A DNA stretch of 44,685 nucleotides from Malacoraja senta (Eukaryota). The stretch is from contig JAXLNO010000222.1 of the NCBI GenBank assembly GCA_038087875.1, positions 1 through 44,685 on the forward strand. Reading direction: 5' to 3'. The position numbers were made by a program, and so were the translations under genes. Shown here piece after piece: positions 33,904 through 44,685 of the stretch. Within the stretch, counting starts at the first letter, position 1, and each line of letters starts with the position of its first letter. The notes under the pieces were generated by a model, which worked only from the letters and a program-made list of their open reading frames with translations, had not been told where the DNA came from and did not search any database.

Positions 33904-34487
33904 CTGGGGGAATGAAAAGGCAATTTGGTTAATAGCAGAACACGTAGTTTAACATACAACACATTTCCTAAACATTATCACCTTTAAATTGCACAATGGA
34001 TTATCAAGATAATTAATACATTAAAATCTAATGTTAACTTGGAAAGTAATTATCCAAATTGAATTTGTTAGTTCAGTAAACCTAGTTAGCGCATCATGAC
34101 TTCAAAAGCAGTGGCAAATTCAAAATATTGATTGGAAAATTCTGGTTTAGGCAAAAAGAACATGGTGGTAAATTCAACACAATATTTTAATCCCCTTTAA
34201 TGGATTTCTAATCCTCTGCTATAATATACTATGCTTTTCACTCAGGAAGACAATAATCATTTATAATTTAAGCTCTGCAGTGAATACTTTGTGGTAAATT
34301 GATAAGAAAATTGACTTTTCTATGCAGCAGTTACACTACTATCACTGTACCATTTCCACTCCCTTCCATTGAATCTGCAATGTTGAAACCTTCATCGTAG
34401 TACCTACTGATTCTCGAAACAACTGAGCCATATCAATGACCACATTAGTCTTCAAGAACATAGGATGTGACACAAAGGTAAACCTAC

Positions 34488-34603
34488 TTGTGTTGTGTCT
34501 GTGCACATCCCTGGCTGGAAGTCCTGCTACCCATTGGGATCTTCTCCAAAACCAATACATCTTTTCCATGTTCTTTAAGTCTGACCGTATTGGCCTCAAC
34601 ATC
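34488..34603 (-). CDS. RAPGEF4: RAPGEF4 coding exon ([23 protein letters not shown]...QTQH)
   Basis: 116 bp, AG/GT, phase 0 to 2; contains the Epac VLVLE motif. Confidence 0.94.
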
Positions 34604-34979
34604 CTAACATGTGTGAAGGTTATGGTAAAGGCAGGGATAAGGGGAGCAAGGGAGCAAGGGAAAAAAATGTTAAAATGAAACCACGCTATTCAAATGAATA
34701 ATTTGTGATCAATTTGAGCCTTTGAATATTTTTAACATGCGATGCTACTCGTCACTCAGCATCCTTTTCAGACAGACACATTTTTATATAGACACTAGAC
34801 CAAGTGGGACCCGTTGGACCCCGTCCCCCAACGCGCGGGGGGTAGGGGGGGGCGCGGCGTCGGCGCTCACCCTGGAGACAGGTGCCCCCCAGAGCCAATG
34901 ACTCCCATCACGTGGGGGGAGGGGGGGGTGAAATGGGGACCTTCCCCCCCCCATCCCATCCCCCCACAAGGAAAGTGTA

Positions 34980-37900
34980 TTTTTTTTGGAAAGTAAACCT
35001 CTGCCCTATTCCACCCTCCCACAATGAAACGGGAAGCTTCCTCCCCATCCCACCCCCAACAAGTAAAGCAATATTAACAATGCTCTCGACCCCCAGCAGC
35101 GACCAGTGTTCACGGAAGGCCTCCAGCGTCCCCGTAACACCGCGTGTTCCCTCTCCAGGAACACGCGAGCACGGACGTAGGCCTGGAAGAGGGGCAGGCA
35201 GCCGACTCTGGTGTGACCATCGACCGGCCGCTGCCTGGACCCGCAAATGGCCATCTTGGCCAGGCCCAGGAGCAAACCGACAGGGAGATCCCACCCCCCC
35301 CCCCCCGATCGGCCCTACCCACTCCCTGCCTTGTGCCCAAACACCAGGATCGTGGGACTAAAATGCAACCAGAATTTGTTGAACAGCCCCTTCAGATATC
35401 CGTACAGGGGCAGCAACCTCACACACTCCATATACACGTGGAACGGTCTCTACCTCACCGCAGAAAATACAGGCGGCCGGCGAGCCCGTGAACCGACTCA
35501 AAAGTTTACTATACGCCGAGGCTCGGTGCAACACTCTCCACCCCAGGTCCCCAATGTAAGGGGGAAGACTCCCTTGTGGAGAGACCTCCACTGGGTCCGC
35601 CCCCACCTTCAGGTGGTAACATGGACCGCCAAGGCATGTCCGGAAGGAAGATGAAGGCAGGGAGGTGCAGAATGTGCAGGAGCATTCTGCACAGTATGCG
35701 TCTTTTCGCATTACAAAATGCATTTCGCATTTCGCTGGGCATCTCGGAAAGGTGGCTCATGTTGTATGGGGCCGGCGCCCAGGAAATATCCCGGAGCCTG
35801 GGCTCAATGAGCAATTCCAGCGGAGCGGGGGTAAGCTCAGTCAGAATCACTCCAAGCACACGCCTCTCCTCGACACCCGCCATGACAGGGTGAGGACCGG
35901 CCACCCTTGCAGCCTCAACGTCCCCCTACCCCTGAGGAGCAACACGCTGGCTGAAGATGACCAGATTCCTCACTCTTAACACATCGCGATAGAAACTAGG
36001 CAGACCCCGTATGGCGGGTCGACTGATGCCTGCCACTGGGAGCCGCTACCAGCCAGTACCATAACATGGAGACCACCAGCTGGTTTATGACCAGCACCCT
36101 ACCCTGGAAAGAAAGAACTCTAAGCCAGCCTGACCAGCGACCCAGCCGGGCGACGACTTTCGTAACCAGCTCCAGCCAGTTCGCCGGCCAATCATCCTCA
36201 GTGGGACTCACGTGGACCCCCAGGTAGAGGAGGTGCGTGGTGCTCCACGCATACGATGTCATCTCCTCCGGCAGGGAGTCCACCTGACACTGGCCCACCA
36301 AAAGTCCAGAACATTTACTCCAGTTAATCCCGGCGGGCGATGCAGCCGAGAAAACCTGCTGGCAATCATGCATCCTCCGCAGGTCAACATGGTCAGTGAA
36401 CATAAGAAGTACATCGTCGGCATAAGCTGAGAGAACCACCTCCACCCCCGGTCGTAGTAGAGCCAGGCCTGTCAACCGCCTCTGAAGAAAACACAGGAAT
36501 GGCTCCGCACAGACTGAGTACAACTGACCAGACATGGGACACCCCTGGCGTACCCCTCTCACAAAGTGAATGGGGGCCAACAACACACCATTAACCTTCA
36601 CGAGACACTCCGCTGCAATGTATAAAAGCTGGACCCGGGCCACAAAATGCGGTCCAAATCCGAACGCTTGCAGTGTCCCGAAGAGGTAGTCATGATCTAC
36701 CCTGTCAAAAGCCTTCTGATCAAGAGACAGAAAAGCAGCTGACTGACCAGTACCCTGAGATAGATGAATCAGGTCCCTAACCAGGTGGATGTTATCCTGA
36801 ATGGACTGGCCAGGGACTGTAAAGGACTGGGTGGATCAGTTGGGACAGCACAGAGCCCAGGCAATTTGCCATTGCCCGTGCAAAAACTTTATATTCTGTA
36901 CAGAGGAGAGAGACCAGGCGGCAGTTCTTCAACAGGCGGAGTTCGCCGTTCTTGGGCAGCAGGACAGCAACTGCCCTAGGCCACGAGAGGGGCATCTCCC
37001 CGGTCGCCAGGCTCTCCCCAGATCCTTCTTGTAGTCACCCCCCAGGACATCCCAGAATGCTCTAACAAATTACCGTCAGCCCATCCAGCCCTGGGGACTT
37101 GCCTCTCCTGAGCTGGTGCAGGGCACCAGTCAACTCCTCCAATGATAAGGGGTCATCAAGGAGTTCAAACACCTCCCTATCTACAGTTGGTGGATCATCC
37201 CACAGGACCCGCTGAGCCTCCCCGCTGAATCCATCTGCGGAGAACAGAGACCCACAAAAGGACCGAACTAAAGCACTGATCCTCTCTGGATCTGTGACAG
37301 AGGAGCCATCATCCGCAAGCAGCTCAACCCCTACCACTGCCAAGGTGGAGGGGGGGGACGCGTGGGTTCACTTTCATCACTGTACAATTATCTGTATGGT
37401 GCCTGAGACCTAAAACGCTAACTTCTTTATCCCAGGATAATCCCAGGATAAATCACGATGGACATCCCGTTGTTGTTCGCTTATCTTGGGACATAGATAG
37501 CCATCGGGTCTGCGCTGGAAGGCATAGGTGCTCCGAGAATGTTATTGATAGAACAGGATGAAGTATGTGGTGAAGAAAGACTCAGTACGTTGATAGGGTT
37601 CAGGAAGAGTTTGAACGACTGAGAAGGATAGAAATAAGTAGGAACATGGGGAGTTATCATGGAATGATAAAAAGGTTGGAATGAGAATATGCAGAACTGG
37701 GGATACTCTAGGATTAAAGGGTTAAGTATTCTGTTTTTGAAGATCAGGGGCTTATTGAAGTCAGATTTCATTTTTCTTCCTGTGACATCATCATTCTTGT
37801 AAAACATGTGATGTTTGATGCTATAGTGATTGGCTAGGATGTATTATGCTGCGTATGATTGTAATTGGGTGGAAAGATTGTCCCCACCTATATAACCATG

Positions 37901-38855
37901 TGCTATTGTAGTGATTGGTCTAGAAGATTACCGCCCATTGTAAGTTACCTCCCACTGTATCAACTATATATATATATGCTAATTCCTTTGTTTGAGCACT
38001 TGTTTCTCCGTGATTGTGCTGGGAGAGCTTCCCAGAGCAGGACAGAAGCAAGGCCACCTGGGTGAAGTAAAGGATGTTTAAAGTATTCTAATCGGTGTTT
38101 TCACTGAACGGACTAAGGGGTAAATACCGGAATTACCAGGGGCGTACATGCTAATGAAATGTAACAGCATGCCATTCAGGCTCACGGCCAGATAGAGCAA
38201 ACGGCCTGGCTCAACCTCCGGCACCTTCAGGATCTCTGGCTGGAAAGTCGAGGCCAACAGTAAAGCCACCCCACTCAAATTAGTGCTGAGGTGGCTCATG
38301 TAGACCCTCCCCTTCCCACTCCAGTAGCCAGGTGGGTTAATCACTGCCAACAGTATGCGTCTGTTGCAGAAAACTCATTGCATAGTCCTCTCTGAGGACT
38401 GATAGACGATGAAATCTACGAAAGTCCCCCCTTCCGCCATTTATATTTAGGCTAGCAACTATGATCTTCATGTTGAAAACACTAGGGTATTTTCCTCACA
38501 CTCTTCGCGGGAGCAGGGCCTCTCTCTCTCTCAGGAGCTTCAAAAAGTCCCCGAACTGATGCTTAGACTAGGGAAGACCACTCTCTTTACTGCCAAGGAT
38601 AGTATCGAGTGACCTGATAAGACCCGGCAGATCCGTCCACTATCTTCCAGCTGACTCGATTCTGGTCCTTGGACACATGTTTGTTTTCAGAAACTGCCGA
38701 ATCTCCCAAATAACAGCCCCTCGAGTCACAGCACTGGAATCCAGGCAATCCGCCAACCCACTGACACCTGAAGCAACAACTTCTCCCTCACTGCGCTCAG
38801 GGTCACCGTCTGAGTTTTGGAGGAATGCAGCCAGCTGCCAGCTCACTCATCCTGA
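34980..38855 (-). mobile_element. Tx1-clade non-LTR retrotransposon, degenerate
   Basis: ORF2 start MKIIVASLNING (~38471); GKSPGLDGL, GVRQGCPMSGQLY, AYADD, GDLGWRVLH..ACIFCGEVETV; A-tail near 34980-34987; GC-rich. Confidence 0.88.
37337..38138 (+). mobile_element. About 0.8-kb LTR-like insert replacing part of Tx1 ORF2
   Basis: No Tx1 homology; GATTGG (CCAAT) boxes, (TA)n TATA-like run, AGTAAA signal, ends in CA; no clear TSD. Confidence 0.4.
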
Positions 38856-38860
38856 CTTCT

Positions 38861-40459
38861 GACTTCCATTTTCCAGGCCCCCACTCCCTCATCCTTCCAC
38901 TATGGATGTCCAGTCCCTCTACACCTCCATCCCCACCAGGAGGGTCTCACAGGCCTCGACCGCAGAACAACCAATCTCCTTGTACTAATACTCTCCTCCG
39001 CCTAGCAGAGCTGGTCCTTACCCTCAACAACTTTTCCTTTGATTCCTCCCATTTCCTCCAAATCCAAGGCGTAGCTATGGGCACGCGTATGGCCCAGCTA
39101 TGCCTGCCTCTTTGTGGGGTACGTCAAACAATCCCTGTTCGAGGTGTACCGTGGCCGTATCCCTGAACTCTACCTCCGCTACATGACGACTGCATTGGTG
39201 CTACCTCCTGCACCCATACAGAACTCACTGACTTCATCCATCTCACCACTAATTTCCATCCGGCACTCAAATTCACCTGGACCATTTCCGACATCTCCCT
39301 ACCATTTTCTAGATCTCACCATCTCCATCGCAGGCAACAGACTACTGACCGACATCTACTACAAACCCACTGACTCCCATAGCTGGTCTACACTTCTTCC
39401 CACCCTGCTTCCTGTAAGGATTCTATCCCTACTCCCAATTCCTCTGTCTACGCTGGCATCTGCACCCAGGATGAGGTGTTTCAGACCAGGGCATCGCAGA
39501 TGTCCTCATTCTTTAGGGAACCGGGATTCCCCTCTTCTATTATAGATGAGGCTCTCACCAGGGTCTCCTCTATATCCCATAGCTCCACTCTCACTCCCTA
39601 TCCCCCTACTCGTAACAAGGACAGAGTCCCCCTTGTCCTCACCTTCCACCCCATCAGCCATCGCATACAACATATAATCCTCCGACATTTTCGCCACCTC
39701 CAACGGGATCCTACTACCACTAGCCACATTTTCCCATCTCCTCCCCTTTCTGTTTTCCGTGGAGACCATTCCCTCCGTAACTCCCTGGTCAATTCGTCCC
39801 TTCCTACCCAAACCACCCCCTCACCTAGTACTTTCCCTTGCAACCGCAGGAAATGCTACACTTGTCGCTTTACCTCCCACCTCGACTCCATCCAAGGACC
39901 CAAGCAGTTTTTCGGGGAGGCAAAGGTTCACCTGCACCTCCTCCAACCTCATCTACTGCATCCACTGTTCCAGGTGTCAACTTCTCTACATCAGTGAGAT
40001 CAAGCGCAGGCTCGGCGATCGCTTCGCCCAACACCTCCACTCAGTTCGCAATAACCAACCTGATCTCCCGGTGGCTCAGCACTTCAACTCCCCCTCCCAT
40101 TCCAAATCTGACCTTTCTGTCCTGGGCCTCCTCCATTCCAGAGTGAGGCCCAGCGCAAATTGGAGGAACAACATCTCATATTTCGCTTAGGTAGTTTACA
40201 CCCAGCGGTAGTGACATTGACCTCCAATTTCAGGATAGTCCTTGCTTTCTCCCTCCCTCCCCTCCCCCTTCCAGCCTGCTGTCTCCGCCTTTTCCTTTCC
40301 TTTTCCCGCCCCACACTCCCCGACATCAGTCTGAAGAAGGGTCTCAACCCCAAACATCATCTATTCCTTCTCTCCATAGATGCTGCCTCACCCGCTGAGT
40401 TCCTCCAGCATTTTTGTCTACCTTCGATTATTCCAGCATCTGCAGTTCTTTCTTAAACA
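38861..40459 (+). mobile_element. Penelope-like element (RT + GIY-YIG), 5'-truncated and frameshifted
   Basis: MDVQSLYTSIP, QIQGVAMGT, TDIYYKPTDSH, RVPLVLTFHP, FTCTSSNLIYCIHC..CQLLYISE..R.L..RF..H; terminal repeat with decayed hammerhead at 40331. Confidence 0.9.
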
Positions 40460-40739
40460 CGGGACAAAGGTGTGTAAGGTGGTGCAAACATTGTTGTGCA
40501 ACCGTGTACCGTTTTGGCGTAGTTCCAGGATCACATGGACAACAAACAAACAAACATAGATAGAAACAGGACGAGCGTTTTACTAATATATAAATGTAAT
40601 TTTGCAATTTCAAATTTTAGTGGACTGAATTTAACGTGTTCAAAGTTAAAGCTGAAGAATACTGCAGTCAGCTCTAAATGGTCCAATATACTCAATGGTT
40701 AATTATGTATTACACAGGTAACTTTTCCACTGGGAGTAA

Positions 40740-41390
40740 GCTTTTGAAAGTTCTATCATCCTTTTAAAAGGCAAACATTGCAAATAGTGCACTGGATAAA
40801 TTAATGGGACCAAAGGCAATAAATCCCCAGGATGTGATGACCTGGATCTTGTTTTAGATGGAGTTGGTGATCGAAAATGGTGGATACACTGGTTGTCACC
40901 TCAATAATTCTACAGATTCCAGACCGATTCCTGCAGAATATAGTTTAACAAATGTAATGCTACTTTGTAAGAAAATTGGGAAGAGAAAACAAGCAACTAT
41001 AGACGTGATATCCAGTTGTGAGGAAAATGCTGGAATTAAAAGTTAAGAATATCATAACAGCGTCCTTACATTGAGTCAACATAGATTTATGAAAGAGAAA
41101 TTATGTTTTTTTTTGCAATTGCAACTAGCTGTAGAAAAGAGCAAAATTGTTAATGTGTTATGTTTTGAACTTTCAGAAGGTTGCTGATCAGATACAATGA
41201 CAAAACAAAATTAGAGCATATGGCACTGGGAGCAATACAGACTGAGGTTTGGTTAACAAACAGTAATCAGAGAGAGTTGGAATAAACAGGATATTTTGCA
41301 TTGGGTAGTTTATATCCAGCAGTGTGCCTCAGGGATCAGCACTGGGAGACCAGCTGTTCACAACCCATATCGCTGTTTTGGTAATCATGC
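40740..41390 (+). mobile_element. Ancient CR1-clade RT fragment
   Basis: Degenerate match to the CR1 RT coding region (ATAAATCCCCAGGA, GTGTGCCTCAGGGATCAGCACTGGG). Confidence 0.65.
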
Positions 41391-41430
41391 TGATGATCGT
41401 AAACTATTCTTCAACCAAAAAAGCACTTAC

Positions 41431-41577
41431 TCGTAGGATTCTGTTGAAATCTTCTTTATCAACCCTGAGAAAATGACAGTTATCTTCACGAAGCACTATG
41501 GAAGCTGCTCTTGGAGCATCATTCACCAGTGCTAATTTTCCAAAATCATCCCCTTCCTGCAATGTGCAGACTACACC
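41431..41577 (-). CDS. RAPGEF4: RAPGEF4 coding exon with the cAMP phosphate-binding cassette ([49 protein letters not shown])
   Basis: 147 bp, AG/GT, phase 0 to 0. FGKLAL (Lys) is the Epac2 form; Epac1 has FGQLAL. Confidence 0.96.
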
Positions 41578-41965
41578 CTGCAATATTGGACAAGATTAGT
41601 AATTTATATTAAAGCTTTGCAACCATTATCTAATAAATATATAATTTAGGTACACATTCTATGTATATTTTCTTTTTATATCCATTAAAGGGCTCTATAA
41701 ATACCCAGCCAAATATGATACAATAAACTAGGGCAGTTTACATTTAAATATAGATCAATATAGATTTAAAAAGATGACACAGCTACTACACCTACTGTAT
41801 ACAAGATGGGCATTGTCAAGTCTGAACATGTATTTTCATTTCTAATGATGTGAGAATGATGTGTTCACTATAAACATGGTTAACTTTTATTTAAGTATTC
41901 TTGGAATTATAATTGTCTGAATCTTTCAAACCTTTCCACAAAAGATAGTGAATTGCAAGTTGTAC

Positions 41966-42042
41966 CTTGCCATAGATAACAACATTCACGGAGCCCTTGA
42001 GGATAATGTACCATGAAGTGCCCTCTTCTCCTTGATTGAACA
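41966..42042 (-). CDS. RAPGEF4: RAPGEF4 coding exon ([26 protein letters not shown]), CNBD-B
   Basis: 77 bp, AG/GT, phase 1 to 0. Confidence 0.96.
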
Positions 42043-42524
42043 CTGCAAGGATGAAAACAAGAATCATCTAATTTCAAATGCATAAAATTCATTAAATATT
42101 TGAACTGCAGAGGCAGTTTGTTTTTAAACTTCATTAGAAATGCATAAAATTGAGCATTTGTTCTCTTTACAGTGTGTAGAAACTTATATTACTTTACTAA
42201 TAGTGAGTGTAAAGTCTCTGATTCAAGACCTGTAGATATAAAGTTAATTTTAAACCAGGCTTAATTTATATTTTTACTGACGTTAGTTAGTGGAAGAAAA
42301 TATAGCATATAGTGCAGCTTTTGTACCAAGTAGTTAATATTGCTTTTATCTTTGCAAATCAAAAATTGCAGAAATAAATATTTGTTTCCACTACAAATAA
42401 AAAAGCACATGTAAATTCTTAATCACTTTTGCATTAAACGTCGATATATGGCATTAATAATTTTCAGAAATCCATGTTGGATTAATATAATGTTTCAAAT
42501 TTGTTTATAAAATGTGACAAGGAT

Positions 42525-42606
42525 CGATCTTGACCACTAATGCTGTCTGTGTGGAGTTTGAACATTCTCCCTGTAATTAGGTTAATTGGATACTGTAAAT
42601 TGCCAC
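42525..42606 (+). mobile_element. V-SINE fragment
   Basis: TGCTGTCTGTGTGGAGTTTG...TAGGTTAATTGG...TGTAAATTG. Confidence 0.6.
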
Positions 42607-42928
42607 TATCGCCTCCTCCAACAAAGATGCTGAGCCTTCCACCCATAGAGGCCTGCTGTGCTTCAGTCGATGCTTCCCAGGGTCAGCTCAATTAGTCATT
42701 TGCACCCAAACCAAACATTTGTGGGCAGTGAATAAGATCCAGCACAACTCAGCTAAATGTCACATGGATTGATACTTCAAAGAACTCTGAGCCTAATTTA
42801 GTCATCTCCTTGGGTTTACTACTTTTTGAGCTCAGTCAAGGCAAGTAAAATAACTTTTGTTTTTACTTTCAATTTTAACAATTCCAACTAAAATCTTTTC
42901 AAATCCTTTAGATTAATTCCGTACTTAC

Positions 42929-42989
42929 AAACTGTCCCTGCTTTGGCATGAGATTCAAAGACCAAAACACCAGCAAGTTCTCGTTTCAC
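42929..42989 (-). CDS. RAPGEF4: RAPGEF4 coding exon (VKRELAGVLVFESHAKAGTV)
   Basis: 61 bp, AG/GT, phase 0 to 1. Confidence 0.95.
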
Positions 42990-44099
42990 CTTGGAAAAAA
43001 TAAAGAAAAAAGTTGTCTCCAAATGCAATTTTATTAGCCTGATTTATTATAATGTCAAACGTTGATATGTTTAATCATACTTAAAATGCAAGACATTGTG
43101 AATATGGTTAAAATATAGATACAAACTAGATTTAAATCTGGTTTTACTTGGAGATGGTATTTGCTAAAAATTTTACATAGATCTTGAGGTTTTGTTTGCA
43201 CCCAGCAAGTTATTATATTGCTATGGAAGGGGTACTGGAGAGTACTTCAATAGGCTGGCATGCAACACGATTAAAGGTTAGCCTGCAAGTGTACTGCAGA
43301 GAACGGGAAAGCAGAAGTGTAGTCAATGAAAACTTCAAAGATATGTAAGCTGAGCTCTGAAGCTGTATATGTTTCCCAGCTTCATTTTTGAGTTGTAGTG
43401 AGAAAGATGACGTGGTGGCAATGAGTAGAAGAATGTTCAGGCTGAAAATACATCACTTCCAAATCTCAAATGAGTCAAATTGCATTCTCAATTAAACAAA
43501 ATTAGTTACCAATAGGAAATCAGCCAGGTGGTAACTACCTGAAACATCCAGATTGCTGTGGAAATGGGCTGGAAGAAAATGTGCAGCAGCACTCCTCTTG
43601 TTGATCTTTCTCATTTACTGCAGGTTATATTTCTGGGATATAATACTGGTTGCAGATACAGGTTCTGAAAATGGAGAATGGCTGGATTGTTGGGAATCCA
43701 AATATTAGTTCTAGTGAGGAAGGTGTGGGTTCCACTAACTTCACACTTCCTTGAAATGCAAAGATTTAAAACTTTGAATAACTGGAAGCACCCCATAAAA
43801 TGTTCATTGGGGCTTGTAAAACCGGGAATGCTGCCACCTCTCCACAACAAATGAAGGAAAGGGAAAAAATACTGACTAACATGTTTTCACATATGATAGG
43901 TGACATATTGCCATGGCCACGGAAGCACAACAGTCATGGCCATGGAAGCTGAACAAGATGGACAGTGACAATTGTTGCTGGGAATCTATTAACAATTTGA
44001 TTTGGTCTCCATGCTCATGATTTGAAATGGTGCTCCTCAGCACAGGTCAAACTGACCCCAACCAAAATTAAATTGCAAGTAGCTATTTGCAAGTTGCAA

Positions 44100-44375
44100 G
44101 GGTAGCAATGTGGCACAGCTATAGAGCAGCTGCCTCATGGCACCAGAGACCTGGATTCGATCCTAATCTTGGGCGCTGTCTGTGTGGAATTTGCACATTC
44201 TCCTTGACACCATGGATTTCCTCCAACATTCCAAACACACGTGGGTTGAATTGGCCCTAGTGCATAAAGACTGGCTGCGAAAGTCTGATAACATAGAACT
44301 AGTGTGAATGGGTGAACGATGGTCAGCATGGACTCCAATGTGCCGAGAGGCCCGTTTCAATGCTGTACCTTTCAA
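44100..44375 (+). mobile_element. tRNA-derived V-SINE (HE1-like), older copy
   Basis: TGGCACAGC...GGATTCGATCC head, V-domain and tail. Confidence 0.78.
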
Positions 44376-44471
44376 TCATTCAAAGTACACCTCTAATCAT
44401 GTAATAGTTACACTGCAATTAAAACGGTTAGATTTAAGCTCAGAATATGAAATCAAAGAAAGAAAGCTTAC

Positions 44472-44556
44472 TGCGGTAGAAAATTGCAATAAGGCTTTAA
44501 TGTGTAACAATTCTTCATATATGATCTCTAAATCATCAACCGTCCTCTGGTTTGGC
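44472..44556 (-). CDS. RAPGEF4: RAPGEF4 coding exon ([28 protein letters not shown]), first exon seen in window
   Basis: 85 bp, AG/GT, phase 2 to 0. Confidence 0.94.
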
Positions 44557-44685
44557 CTGTGAATTACACATAAACAATAAAAATATAAGTGTAAATGTTT
44601 CCAAAATTAAATTAGTTAATAACTATTCTTAGTTCTCAGTGGAAATATTTTCCTACTGTTCTTAACCACTTCAAAACTGAAAAAC

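Larger units (their letters stand above)
34795..40594 (-). mobile_element. Non-autonomous Helitron shell enclosing Tx1, LTR-like and Penelope sequence
   Basis: Minus-strand 3' end has hairpin GGGGTCC-AAC-GGGTCCC, 7 nt, then CTAG|T (34795-34822). The 5' end reads A|TTTATATATTAGTAAAAC (40594; TT rather than canonical TC). No TSD. Confidence 0.68.

Overview
Vertebrate genomic DNA, most likely from a cartilaginous fish (skate/ray), inferred from HE1/V-SINE-like, HER1/CR1-like and Penelope repeats. Nine coding exons of RAPGEF4 (Epac2) lie on the minus strand (44556 down to 26519) and splice in frame. They encode the cAMP-binding CNBD-B and REM region, and one intron is a minor-spliceosome AT-AC intron (29316-30154). 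The left 26.5 kb appears to be a single intron full of nested retroelements. It holds two head-to-tail DIRS tyrosine-recombinase retrotransposons: the first is split by an L1 inserted in its recombinase gene, and the second is decayed, with intact termini and two tail-to-tail CR1 LINEs inside. Other introns hold a Helitron shell enclosing Tx1, Penelope and LTR-like sequence, Harbinger-type MITEs, SINEs and Penelope terminal fragments with minimal hammerhead motifs. Most notable are: a co-varying alternative-structure module at both DIRS 3' ends; an in-frame U_UUA_AAC slippery heptamer at the ORF1/ORF2 junction of two CR1s that have different ORF1s; and a MEF2/E-box cluster in the non-autonomous DIRS. 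All calls were made by eye with no database searches, so TE boundaries without TSDs are approximate.
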